This document shows, in pieces, positions 51,933-60,727 of a stretch of 64,000 bases of DNA. Below the pieces are notes generated by a model. The model had not been told where the DNA came from and made no database searches. It worked only from the letters and a program-made list of their open reading frames with translations. The DNA lies in NCBI GenBank assembly GCA_000402755.1, contig AQSD01000001.1:9402-73401 (forward strand), in the 5' to 3' direction. Each line of letters begins with the position of its first letter. Position 1 is the first letter of the stretch. This DNA is from Fidelibacterota bacterium SCGC AAA160-B08. GTDB taxonomy: Bacteria; Fidelibacterota; Marinisomatia; Marinisomatales; Marinisomataceae. A program made the position numbers and the translations under genes.

Positions 51933-54900
51933 ATGAGAAAACTACGTATGTTAATTGCGCTTCTTGTTCTTCCTACTCTTATGTTTGCACAGTCAACAAC
52001 TGCTAAATTAGCAGGTGTTGTAGCTGACGCTGATGGTAATCCATTGGTTGGAGCAAACGTAGTTGTAGAGGGATCAAACTTAGGTGCAGCTACCGATCAA
52101 TTAGGTAGATACTATATTCTTGACGTTCCTGTAGGCGACTATAACTTGAGAGCCGAGTATATCGGTTATACTACAGTTATAGAGGCTGGTGTAAGAACTT
52201 CTGTTGGTTTTACAACAACAGTTGACTTTGCACTGGGTGTAGCTTCAGTTGCAGGTCAAGAAGTGACAGTAACAAGAGAAAGACCGTTAATTAATCCGAA
52301 TGCTACGAATACAACTCGTGTTGTTGATAAAGAGTTGATTGATGCATTTGCTGTGAGAGGGGTTGAGAATATTGTTAACCTTCAAACAGGTGTTGTTAAT
52401 GGATATTTCCGTGGAAGTAGAAGTGGAGATAGTAGATACTATGTCGACGGCGTTCCTGTAAAAGATGTTTACGGTGGCGGAAATCTATTAAACGGTAACT
52501 CCCAATCATCACTACAAGAGATTTCAGTGCAAACTGGAGGATTCTCTGCAGAATATGGTGGTGCTAATGGAGGGATTGTAAATATTACTACCAAAACTGG
52601 TGGTACACAATGGAGATCAAAAGTAGGAGCAGAAATGTCTTTAGGGGCTGATGCTAGTACTGATCCCGACAAACTATACTCTGATGGATATAAAAATGTC
52701 AACTTTGACTTTGGTGGTCCAATCAGTGATAATGTAAAAGTATACTTGTCTATTGAAGCAAAAGAAAAGGCCGGTGACGTTTCTTATAGTTACTTCCCTA
52801 AATATGATGCTATGCCAATGACAGAAGTTCCTGCTGACTATTACAGCGATGGTACTGATGGATTTGTATACGGTAACGACGCAAATGGTAACAAGGTTTC
52901 ACACATTGAAACCGTAGTAAGAGACAACCAAACAGATCCAGCATTGTTGGCTTCTGGTGTTGCAGCTTACGATACAACATATGTTGTATATAGTAACTAT
53001 GAGCGTATGTACGGACAACAACCACAAGATGATAACGAGCGTATTACAGTAAATGGTAATATGACAATGGATTTTGGTCCATTGCGTGTCAAATTAGGTA
53101 CACAGGCTTATGACTATACAGGACACAGCTATAGTTGGAGTAGAGTTCTAGGTGGAACTGACGGTTCATATATTAATGAATCAGATTTCACTATGGGATA
53201 TATGAACTTCAGATATACTATTAGTCCTTTATCTTATGCTAAAGTTTCGATTTCAAATCAAACTTATGAAACAACAGGTGGTAATGAAAATTACTTACAT
53301 GATATTGAAGCATATGGTAGAAGAACCAAAGCATTTGGTTCAGCAAACTATTACAAACGTGACGGAACTGGATTTAACCCACTATCACCAGATGAATTTA
53401 TTGGTGCAGCAGGTTTTGGATCACAGTACACAAGTTACGATACAAGAAAAACTACTACAAACACTGTAAGCTTTGACTACACTAACCAAGTTGGTTACAA
53501 CGAGTTTAAAGTTGGTGGTTCTGTAGACACTCACGAAATTAGTCGTTATGGTCTTGGAGCATCAGGTGTTGCTAGAGCAATTAGCCAAGTAGACGCTAAT
53601 TATGATGGTGTAGCTACAAATGAAGAAATCATTGCTGCGGGAAGTGACCCAGCAGACTGGAAATTCATTAACTACAGAGCTCTGTATGTAACAAATCTTG
53701 GGTATAATATTTATGGTGATGAATGGAATGGAACATATAATCAAGATGATCATATGTTATCTCCAGCAGAACCAACCCAATCACGTTTCTATGTTCAAGA
53801 TAAACTTGAATTTAAAGATGTAGTTGTACAAGTTGGTGTTTCAATAGAATCAATTGATACTGGTGCTATGGCTCCAGATTCAGATGGTGATGGCTATGGA
53901 GACTCAGACGGGTTCAACCACCTATACTTTAATAGACAGCGTGTAGATAGAAATGGTGATGGTAACGGCAACTTTGTTTGGAAAAAAACAAAAAAAGAAA
54001 CTGCTACACATCCTAGAATTGGTATCTCATTCCCAGTATCCGATCGTACAGTATTCCGTGCGAATTACGGAACACACTGGCAGTCAGTTCCAATGTCATA
54101 TCTATACTTATCAGATTCACAGCTATCAGCTGATATCTTAGCTGGTAATGCTACTGCATCTGAAAACCCTGCGTTAAAACCAGAACGTTCCACTCAGTAT
54201 GAAATTGGTATTGAGCAACGTATTGGTGCTTTCGCGTCATTAAAAATTGAAGGGTTTTATAAAGAAAGTAAAGATTACTTGACGCTTGCAAATCGTACAG
54301 AAGCATTTACAAATACTGGTGGTGCAGATACTCAACAAAACTGGGCACAGTATTTAAATGGAGACGTTATGGTCTCACAAGGTTTGACAACAAACTTTGA
54401 AATGCGTAGAACTAGAGGTTTGTATGCGCAAGCAAATTATACATACTCAGAATCTAGAGGTACTGGATCTTATGGAGATCAGAACTTCTATGTTACTTGG
54501 ATTGGTACGGATGATGGATATCCAAAAGCGATGAATCTATTAGACTATGACCAAAGTCATACTGCAAACGTAATCCTTGACTGGCGTTCACCGAATGCTA
54601 CTGGTGCGTTAGCTAATACAGGATTTAATGCTGTAATGAGCTTTGGTAGTGGTACTCGCTTTACACCATCTCAAATCTATAGTACAGTTTTTGAGAACAG
54701 ATGGGAATTCCCAGAGGGTCCGGTAAACTCAGGTACAATGCCTGCGTTCACTAACCTTGATCTACGTGTAGACAGAGCCTTTAAAATGGGCGGCGTGACA
54801 GCAAATGCATATGTTGCAGTGTTTAACGTTCTAGACGCAGAGCAGGTTAATGATGTTTATCATGGAACCGGTAACGTAGCTGAAGATGGCTGGGTTGCAA

Positions 54901-55046
54901 CTGAAAGTGGGCAGCAATGGCTTGCCAATAGATTAGCAACTAACCCTGACGTTGATGCAGCGGCACTTTACCAGGATAATTTAGCATTTCCTAGTAGATG
55001 GAGCGCTCCTCGTACAGTCAGAGTTGGTATGAACATTAGTTTTTAA
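51933..55046 (+). CDS. TonB-dependent outer-membrane receptor with an N-terminal carboxypeptidase-regulatory-like domain (SusC-like architecture)
   Basis: A strong SD (GGAGG, 51921-51925) lies 7 nt before ATG 51933, and the signal peptide is MRKLRMLIALLVLPTLMFAQ. The N-terminal domain reads GVVADADGNPLVGANVVVEG...GRYYILDVPVGDYNLRAEYIGY. Plug motifs (VTVTR...VVDKELI...LQTGV, SVQTGGFSAEYGGANGGIVNITTK) and a long barrel ending in F (RVGMNISF) follow. Confidence 0.85.
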   Translation: MRKLRMLIALLVLPTLMFAQSTTAKLAGVVADADGNPLVGANVVVEGSNLGAATDQLGRYYILDVPVGDYNLRAEYIGYTTVIEAGVRTSVGFTTTVDFALGVASVAGQEVTVTRERPLINPNATNTTRVVDKELIDAFAVRGVENIVNLQTGVVNGYFRGSRSGDSRYYVDGVPVKDVYGGGNLLNGNSQSSLQEISVQTGGFSAEYGGANGGIVNITTKTGGTQWRSKVGAEMSLGADASTDPDKLYSDGYKNVNFDFGGPISDNVKVYLSIEAKEKAGDVSYSYFPKYDAMPMTEVPADYYSDGTDGFVYGNDANGNKVSHIETVVRDNQTDPALLASGVAAYDTTYVVYSNYERMYGQQPQDDNERITVNGNMTMDFGPLRVKLGTQAYDYTGHSYSWSRVLGGTDGSYINESDFTMGYMNFRYTISPLSYAKVSISNQTYETTGGNENYLHDIEAYGRRTKAFGSANYYKRDGTGFNPLSPDEFIGAAGFGSQYTSYDTRKTTTNTVSFDYTNQVGYNEFKVGGSVDTHEISRYGLGASGVARAISQVDANYDGVATNEEIIAAGSDPADWKFINYRALYVTNLGYNIYGDEWNGTYNQDDHMLSPAEPTQSRFYVQDKLEFKDVVVQVGVSIESIDTGAMAPDSDGDGYGDSDGFNHLYFNRQRVDRNGDGNGNFVWKKTKKETATHPRIGISFPVSDRTVFRANYGTHWQSVPMSYLYLSDSQLSADILAGNATASENPALKPERSTQYEIGIEQRIGAFASLKIEGFYKESKDYLTLANRTEAFTNTGGADTQQNWAQYLNGDVMVSQGLTTNFEMRRTRGLYAQANYTYSESRGTGSYGDQNFYVTWIGTDDGYPKAMNLLDYDQSHTANVILDWRSPNATGALANTGFNAVMSFGSGTRFTPSQIYSTVFENRWEFPEGPVNSGTMPAFTNLDLRVDRAFKMGGVTANAYVAVFNVLDAEQVNDVYHGTGNVAEDGWVATESGQQWLANRLATNPDVDAAALYQDNLAFPSRWSAPRTVRVGMNISF

Positions 55047-55072
55047 TTAAATAAGAAGGTAAAGAGGTAAAT

Positions 55073-58000
55073 ATGAAAATCTTAAAGAATATTACCGTTT
55101 TCACATTGGTGATGTTACTGTCAGTAACTACTGGCCTTGAAGCGAGAGACAAAGCTGTCTCTAACTTTAGTAGCTCATCCAATTATGTGGATTCTGTCGG
55201 TACGTTCGATGGGAATAAAATCTATGCAGACGTTGCCAACAATGGCCTATTTCTGGATTACCACGTTTCTGGTGATTCAGCATTAGAATGGCCAAAAGGC
55301 ACGGGTGCACACTCTATCTTCCAATCCGCATTATGGATGGGAGCTACAGTGAATGGATCTATTCGAACTATCGTTGGAGATTATACACAAGACATGGGTC
55401 CAGGTCCATGGGGTGGTGACCCGCTAGCTACGGTGCACAGAATCTATAAAGTAGAGAAATCTATGTTAGCTTCCCCCCTTGACTTCGCTGACTTCCAAGA
55501 ATGGCCAGTTGATTTTGGTGCACCTTGGGTTGACGTAGATGGTGACGGAGTTTATACTCCATTACCAGGTGGAACTGATCACCCAGAATTTCTAGGAGAC
55601 CAAGTACTTTGGTTTGTTAGTAATGATGGAGATCCAGCTTATAAATTGAATTTTGGAACATCACCACTAAACGTGGAGATTCAAACAACTATGTTTGGTT
55701 TTGATAGACCTGACGTATTTGGTGACATGGTGTTCTTGAAACAATTAGTTATTAATAAAGGTTCAGATGACTTAGTCGATACTTATATGGGACTATGGTC
55801 AGACCCTGATCTAGGAAACGCGGGTGACGACCTTGTTGGTTGTGACGTAGAACTAGGTATGGGTTATGTTTGGAATGACGGTGCAGACAGTGTCTATGAC
55901 AACTTAAGCGTCGGTACTCCAGCAGCTGGGTATGACTTCTTTCAAGGTCCAATGGTAGATTGTGACGCAACAGAAGATTGTACAGAAGGGGCCAAAATGT
56001 TTGGTACTCGTCACCCAGGTAAAAAGAACCTTCAGATGTCATCGTTTGCATTCTACATTAATGGAGATGCGACATACACTGACCCTGCTGATGAAACAGA
56101 GGGGTATTTTTACTTAAAAGGTTTAAGAAAAGATGGAAGTGCATATCCAGTAGACATAGCCGGAGATCTATATGATCAACGTTTCTGTTTCTATGGAGAC
56201 CCTGCAACTACCCATGGTACTGCTAACCCTGTTGACGGAAACTATGCAGCTTCAGCTGATAGACGTTTCCTAATGAGTGTTGGTCCATTTACTATGGCAT
56301 CAGGTGACTCACAAGAAGTAGTGTTTGGAATTTTCCATGCTGCTGGTGGTGACGCGTTAGCTTCTGTAGCTTACCTAAAAGAAGTAGATGCATTAGCTCA
56401 AACAGCTTACGACATTGACTTTGCTCTGCCCGACTCACCTCCTGCACCAAGCGTGTCAGCAAGTGCGTTAGCAGACCAAGTGTTATTAGTTTGGGGCGAT
56501 AATGCTGAAAGTTACAATGCGCTTAGTGAAGTTGACTTAGACGCAGCAGGTAACCCTACAAGCTTTGTATTCGAAGGATACAATGTTTATCAGTACGAAA
56601 CAGCATCAGGAGCCGGAGCTAAGAAGAGATTAGCTACTTATGATATTGTAAACGGAACTACTGAAATCTACGACACAGTATTTAATGCTGAGTTAGGTGA
56701 GAATATTAACATTAGAACGCAGTTTGGATCAGACAGTGGATTAGCACACTTTGAAGCCATCACAACAGATGGATTAAATGGTAATTCAAAACTGATTACA
56801 AATCGTTCATATTATTATGGTGTAACCGCATATGGTTACAACGCTTCCGGGATTCCAAAAACATTGGAAAGTAGCCCGGTAGTACTTACTGTAAGACCAG
56901 AAGTACCTAATACATTTGCTGCAGGCGACAATACTGCTTCAGCGGGTGATATAATCACAACAGTTCACGTTGGACCGTCTCAAGGTTCAGTAGACGTGGT
57001 AGTTGTAGATGCTTCTGCAATGACGGGTGATACCTACACAGTAACAATGGATGATGCAATGCCAGATGGCACTGTAGCCGTTAATTGGTCACTAACAAAC
57101 GATATGACTGGTGAAGTTCTTATCGCTAACAACGCTGTTGTTGGTGGTGTGAACACTGCAACAGGTGTTGAAGTTGGTCCAGGCGGAACTCCAGTTGTTG
57201 AAGGTATTCAACTCCTAGTCAATGGTCCTCAAGAAGACTTACTATCAGTAAGTGAATGGGATCACGGCTGGAAAGAAAATCAAGTACTTAGAGACCCTGC
57301 GGTTTCTTATGTACCTTTCGCTAGTTTAGGTCGTACAGGATATATTTTAGAAAATAGAGCAGGTGTACCTTACTCACCTCCTTATGCTCGTGACTTTGAC
57401 CGATTTAATTATTGGGAATCAGATGACGTTGAGCTAGACTTTAGTACTCCATCATTAGGGTATGACTATCTTAGTGAAACAATAAATAGTTATGTTTCAT
57501 GGTCAACATACAGACATAACTTTGCTACTGGAAACAAAGAGCAAATGTTTTCTTCATATTGGGACTATAATGGTACCGGTACACATGATCTTGAAGGCGA
57601 ATATTGGATAAGTCCAGTCTACGGCAAGAACTCATTTGAACCGATCTATGCCTTTGTAGGTAATCCGGGATCTCATTATGATCCGGCTAAAGAGGCTCAA
57701 TATATTTCTGAGAACTCCGTAACTGCCTCAGGTGGTTGTGGTTGGGGATCAGGAGGCTCTTGTACTGCGACTACTACAAGTGGTGCAGTAATCGGATATC
57801 CATATATGACAGCGACATTGTTTGCTGACTATTTAGGATCAGGAGTATTACCAACCAAGGAAGGTTTTGAGTCCTGGGGTGGTTTCACTACAGCTAGTTC
57901 TGTAGTATGGCAAATGAGTAAACCAAATTCATCAGCAGATACGTTTACGTTTTCTACTGAAGGATTAGGTATGATGGCTAACAGTTACGATCCAGATCGT

Positions 58001-58312
58001 ATCTCAGTATGGCCAAATCCATATTACGGGTATAATCCAGAAGAGCGTGATGCGCTAGATCGTAGAGTGATGTTTAGTCACTTACCTGAAGAAGGTCCTG
58101 CGACAATTCGTATCTTTGCACTTGATGGTACACTAGTAAGAACAATTCACCACAATGATACAGCTTCACAACACGCAACATGGAACATGAAGAACAACTT
58201 CGAGTTACCAGTTGCTAGTGGAATGTATGTGGCACACATAGAGACTAACCACGGAGATAAAATCCTGAAGTTAGCTGTAATTCAACCAGAACAACGTTTA
58301 GACGTTTATTAA
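55073..58312 (+). CDS. Large secreted protein of unknown function with a T9SS type-A C-terminal sorting domain
   Basis: Signal peptide MKILKNITVFTLVMLLSVTTGLEA. The last ~95 aa fit the Por-secretion-tail pattern (VWPNPY...ATIRIFALDGTLVRTI...ASGMYVAHIETNHGDKILKLAVIQ). There is a central FN3-like segment (PPAPSVSASALADQVLLVWGDN...FEGYNVYQYE) and a DVDGDG calcium-type motif. No catalytic motif was recognised. Confidence 0.7.
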   Translation: MKILKNITVFTLVMLLSVTTGLEARDKAVSNFSSSSNYVDSVGTFDGNKIYADVANNGLFLDYHVSGDSALEWPKGTGAHSIFQSALWMGATVNGSIRTIVGDYTQDMGPGPWGGDPLATVHRIYKVEKSMLASPLDFADFQEWPVDFGAPWVDVDGDGVYTPLPGGTDHPEFLGDQVLWFVSNDGDPAYKLNFGTSPLNVEIQTTMFGFDRPDVFGDMVFLKQLVINKGSDDLVDTYMGLWSDPDLGNAGDDLVGCDVELGMGYVWNDGADSVYDNLSVGTPAAGYDFFQGPMVDCDATEDCTEGAKMFGTRHPGKKNLQMSSFAFYINGDATYTDPADETEGYFYLKGLRKDGSAYPVDIAGDLYDQRFCFYGDPATTHGTANPVDGNYAASADRRFLMSVGPFTMASGDSQEVVFGIFHAAGGDALASVAYLKEVDALAQTAYDIDFALPDSPPAPSVSASALADQVLLVWGDNAESYNALSEVDLDAAGNPTSFVFEGYNVYQYETASGAGAKKRLATYDIVNGTTEIYDTVFNAELGENINIRTQFGSDSGLAHFEAITTDGLNGNSKLITNRSYYYGVTAYGYNASGIPKTLESSPVVLTVRPEVPNTFAAGDNTASAGDIITTVHVGPSQGSVDVVVVDASAMTGDTYTVTMDDAMPDGTVAVNWSLTNDMTGEVLIANNAVVGGVNTATGVEVGPGGTPVVEGIQLLVNGPQEDLLSVSEWDHGWKENQVLRDPAVSYVPFASLGRTGYILENRAGVPYSPPYARDFDRFNYWESDDVELDFSTPSLGYDYLSETINSYVSWSTYRHNFATGNKEQMFSSYWDYNGTGTHDLEGEYWISPVYGKNSFEPIYAFVGNPGSHYDPAKEAQYISENSVTASGGCGWGSGGSCTATTTSGAVIGYPYMTATLFADYLGSGVLPTKEGFESWGGFTTASSVVWQMSKPNSSADTFTFSTEGLGMMANSYDPDRISVWPNPYYGYNPEERDALDRRVMFSHLPEEGPATIRIFALDGTLVRTIHHNDTASQHATWNMKNNFELPVASGMYVAHIETNHGDKILKLAVIQPEQRLDVY

Positions 58313-58325
58313 GGAAAAGGAGAAA

Positions 58326-59381
58326 ATGAAAATGAAAAATACATTTAAAATCTTCCTTGGATGCGCAGTGTTGGTTTCAGCACTAACTGCTGGTACCGTA
58401 AGATCGCAAGGTACTGCTGGTGCTTCGCAATTGCTTATCCCAGTAGGGACTGAGACAGTTGCTCTTAGCGGAACAAACGTTGGTACAGTAGCTGGAATAG
58501 ATGCATTATTTACTAATGTAGCTGGTCTAGCAAGACACAACTCTGGTTTACAAGGAACAGTTTCAACCACATCTTACATTGCTGACATTAATGTCACATA
58601 TGCAGGTATGGTTATGAGTATGGGCGAATCAGGTACTTTTGGAATGACACTAAAGTCATTAGACTTTGGTGATATCCCAAAAACTACATCATTTGCTCCA
58701 GAGGGAGATGGTCAAACATTTTCCCCTAGTTTTTTCACGGCGACAGCAGGATTTGCGAGAGCATTCTCTGACCGTGTTAATGTTGGTATTGCAACAAAGA
58801 TGATTTCTGAGACAATCGAAGAAACATCTGCAACTGGATTTGCATTCGACGTAGGCGTCCAATACAAATTCCCTGACCAACCATTGACAATTGGTGTTGC
58901 AATGAAAAACGTTGGTAGTAGAATGCATTATGATGGTATTAACCTAGACCAGAACCTCACACCAGAGGGAGCTGAATCAGGTTCATCATCTGAAACGTTT
59001 AGAATTGTTGCAGATAACTTTGCTCTGCCAACAAGTCTAGATCTTTCTATGACCTACTCATTACTTAACAACTTAGATGTGAGCACAACGTTCACTAATC
59101 ACTCATACCAAAGCAATACTTTAGCAGTCGGTGCTAAATATATGCTAGGTAGCGCTTGGGTTGGCGCAGCTACAGTAATGACTGTAGGCGACGACTCACA
59201 ACCAAACGACGTTTCTGACGCAGATTGGGAAGAGTGGAGCGGAACCAATTGGGGAGCTTCAATGGGTGCAGGTGTAACAGTGCCAGTAGGCGACTATACA
59301 ATGCATATTTCATATGCTATGAGAACAGCAAACGAATACTTTGATGACCATAGCACTATGCAAGTTACCTTTGATTTCTAA
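58326..59381 (+). CDS. PorV/PorQ-family (FadL-like) outer-membrane beta-barrel protein
   Basis: SD AAGGAG lies just upstream and a signal peptide is present. The mature N-terminus GTAGASQLLIPVGTETVALSGTNVGTVAGIDALFTNVAGLA fits the PorV-family pattern (G.sgA.fL.i..gaRa.amGga..A.a.D..a...NPAGLA). The sequence has alternating beta-strand character and ends in aromatic F (VTFDF). Confidence 0.65.
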   Translation: MKMKNTFKIFLGCAVLVSALTAGTVRSQGTAGASQLLIPVGTETVALSGTNVGTVAGIDALFTNVAGLARHNSGLQGTVSTTSYIADINVTYAGMVMSMGESGTFGMTLKSLDFGDIPKTTSFAPEGDGQTFSPSFFTATAGFARAFSDRVNVGIATKMISETIEETSATGFAFDVGVQYKFPDQPLTIGVAMKNVGSRMHYDGINLDQNLTPEGAESGSSSETFRIVADNFALPTSLDLSMTYSLLNNLDVSTTFTNHSYQSNTLAVGAKYMLGSAWVGAATVMTVGDDSQPNDVSDADWEEWSGTNWGASMGAGVTVPVGDYTMHISYAMRTANEYFDDHSTMQVTFDF

Positions 59382-59405
59382 ACTGTTTAGTTAAGGATTC
59401 AAATT

Positions 59406-59436
59406 AAAAGGGGCTCTTTTTAGAGCCCCTTTTTTA
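59406..59436. terminator. Bidirectional rho-independent terminator between the convergent PorV-like and M23 peptidase genes
   Basis: AAAA-GGGGCTCT-TTTT-AGAGCCCC-TTTTTT: an 8-bp GC-rich stem, a 4-nt loop, an A-run upstream and a T-run downstream. Confidence 0.8.
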
Positions 59437-59464
59437 TTATATGAGATGTAATTAATCTGATTTA

Positions 59465-60184
59465 TTAATCAAATAAAATTTTAATATTATCATGGAGATA
59501 ATCAGATGGAATATTTTGTCCTAAAAAATATCTTTCAGTGGCGTCATCGAAATGTAGCTCCCAATGTAGATGAGCCCCTTTATTATTTCTCAATGCTCCA
59601 TCAGATGTCCCTGTATTACCAGAAAACCCAATAAGATCCCCTTTTTCTACTAGAGTTCCAGGAAGAATACCTTCTGCTATATTAGATAGATGTGCATATA
59701 CGCTAATAGTTCTAAATTTTGAAGTGATAGTATAGCCATGATCAATCACAATAGATTTTCCAAGCAAGATATATTGATAAATATCATCAGGAGTCTTACC
59801 AAGCTCTGCAGAGGTGCTTAAAAAGGCATTATAGGTGTCAAGGTCGACATCCATATGTTGCGGGTTACTTCTTACTACAATACCACCCGAAACAGCCGTA
59901 ATAGGCGTATTTAAGGGAGCAGAAAAATCAATACCTTCATGATAGCCTGATCGGTACTCCCTTTTTGCATTTGGAAGTAAGTTTAATACGGAGGGAACAA
60001 GATAATCTTTTGATGGCAGTTGAATTGTAGTTAATAGTTCTGATTCGTGAAGATTGGTATTTTCATCAATATAAAATAAAAATTTTTCTTTTAATGGCGG
60101 CGTTGACTCTAAGTTCATAGACGTAGTTGGCGCTGCGCAGGCACCCAACAATAAGGTTAATCCTATGTAATAGTTAATTTTCAT
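59465..60184 (-). CDS. M23 family metallopeptidase lipoprotein
   Basis: Lipobox LLLGACAAP. The HxxxD motif (GYHEGIDF) and HxH motif (AHLHWELH) of LytM/M23 peptidases are present. Confidence 0.88.
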   Translation of the reverse strand: MKINYYIGLTLLLGACAAPTTSMNLESTPPLKEKFLFYIDENTNLHESELLTTIQLPSKDYLVPSVLNLLPNAKREYRSGYHEGIDFSAPLNTPITAVSGGIVVRSNPQHMDVDLDTYNAFLSTSAELGKTPDDIYQYILLGKSIVIDHGYTITSKFRTISVYAHLSNIAEGILPGTLVEKGDLIGFSGNTGTSDGALRNNKGAHLHWELHFDDATERYFLGQNIPSDYLHDNIKILFD

Positions 60185-60725
60185 TCTTATTTATAATATA
60201 AGATATTCCATTATACATAAAGCTTAGTTTAATAATAGTCCCAGTATTTTTATCAATCCATATTTTTCGCAATACACTGTTAAGCAAAGCATCATTCACA
60301 AGATTCTTTTCTTCGTCGATATCTGCTAATGTTTTAATATCCATTCTATACAATAGAGCCATTATTTTTTTATCATTACTTAAAATCTCTTCTTCATCTG
60401 AGAATAAAAAACGTACATCAACGACCACACCATCTAAAATAGAAGTATTCTTTATCCACACCGTATCAAGAGGTTCTATTTTTTTATCAGACAATAACTG
60501 AATGATTAAATTGTCATCATTAAAAATTTGATTTTTATATGTTAGGGTTTCTTTTAACAGAAAAACCCCAAAATTGATTGGATCAATAGACACTTCTTCT
60601 TCTTCTACCGTAATTGTAAAACCTTTAAAGGTGTCATAGATATAAATATCATATTGTTTGTTGTTTGCGAATATGATGGAATTGAGGGATAGGTAAAAAA
60701 GGGCGGCTATATGTTTATAGTTCAA
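60174..60725 (-). CDS. Hypothetical secreted protein
   Basis: 183 aa with an N-terminal hydrophobic leader (IAALFYLSLNSIIFA). No family recognised. It is overlap-coupled to the M23 peptidase gene and lies 2 nt after mgtE. Confidence 0.5.
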   Translation of the reverse strand: MNYKHIAALFYLSLNSIIFANNKQYDIYIYDTFKGFTITVEEEEVSIDPINFGVFLLKETLTYKNQIFNDDNLIIQLLSDKKIEPLDTVWIKNTSILDGVVVDVRFLFSDEEEILSNDKKIMALLYRMDIKTLADIDEEKNLVNDALLNSVLRKIWIDKNTGTIIKLSFMYNGISYIINKNEN

Positions 60726-60727
60726 TT

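Noticed and set aside
51933-59381. Treating the higher-GC outer-membrane cluster as a horizontally acquired island.
   Set aside because: There are no flanking tRNA, integrase, direct repeats or mobility genes. The shift can be explained by exported-protein amino-acid composition and expression-linked codon choice. It is kept only as a low-interest observation to compute.
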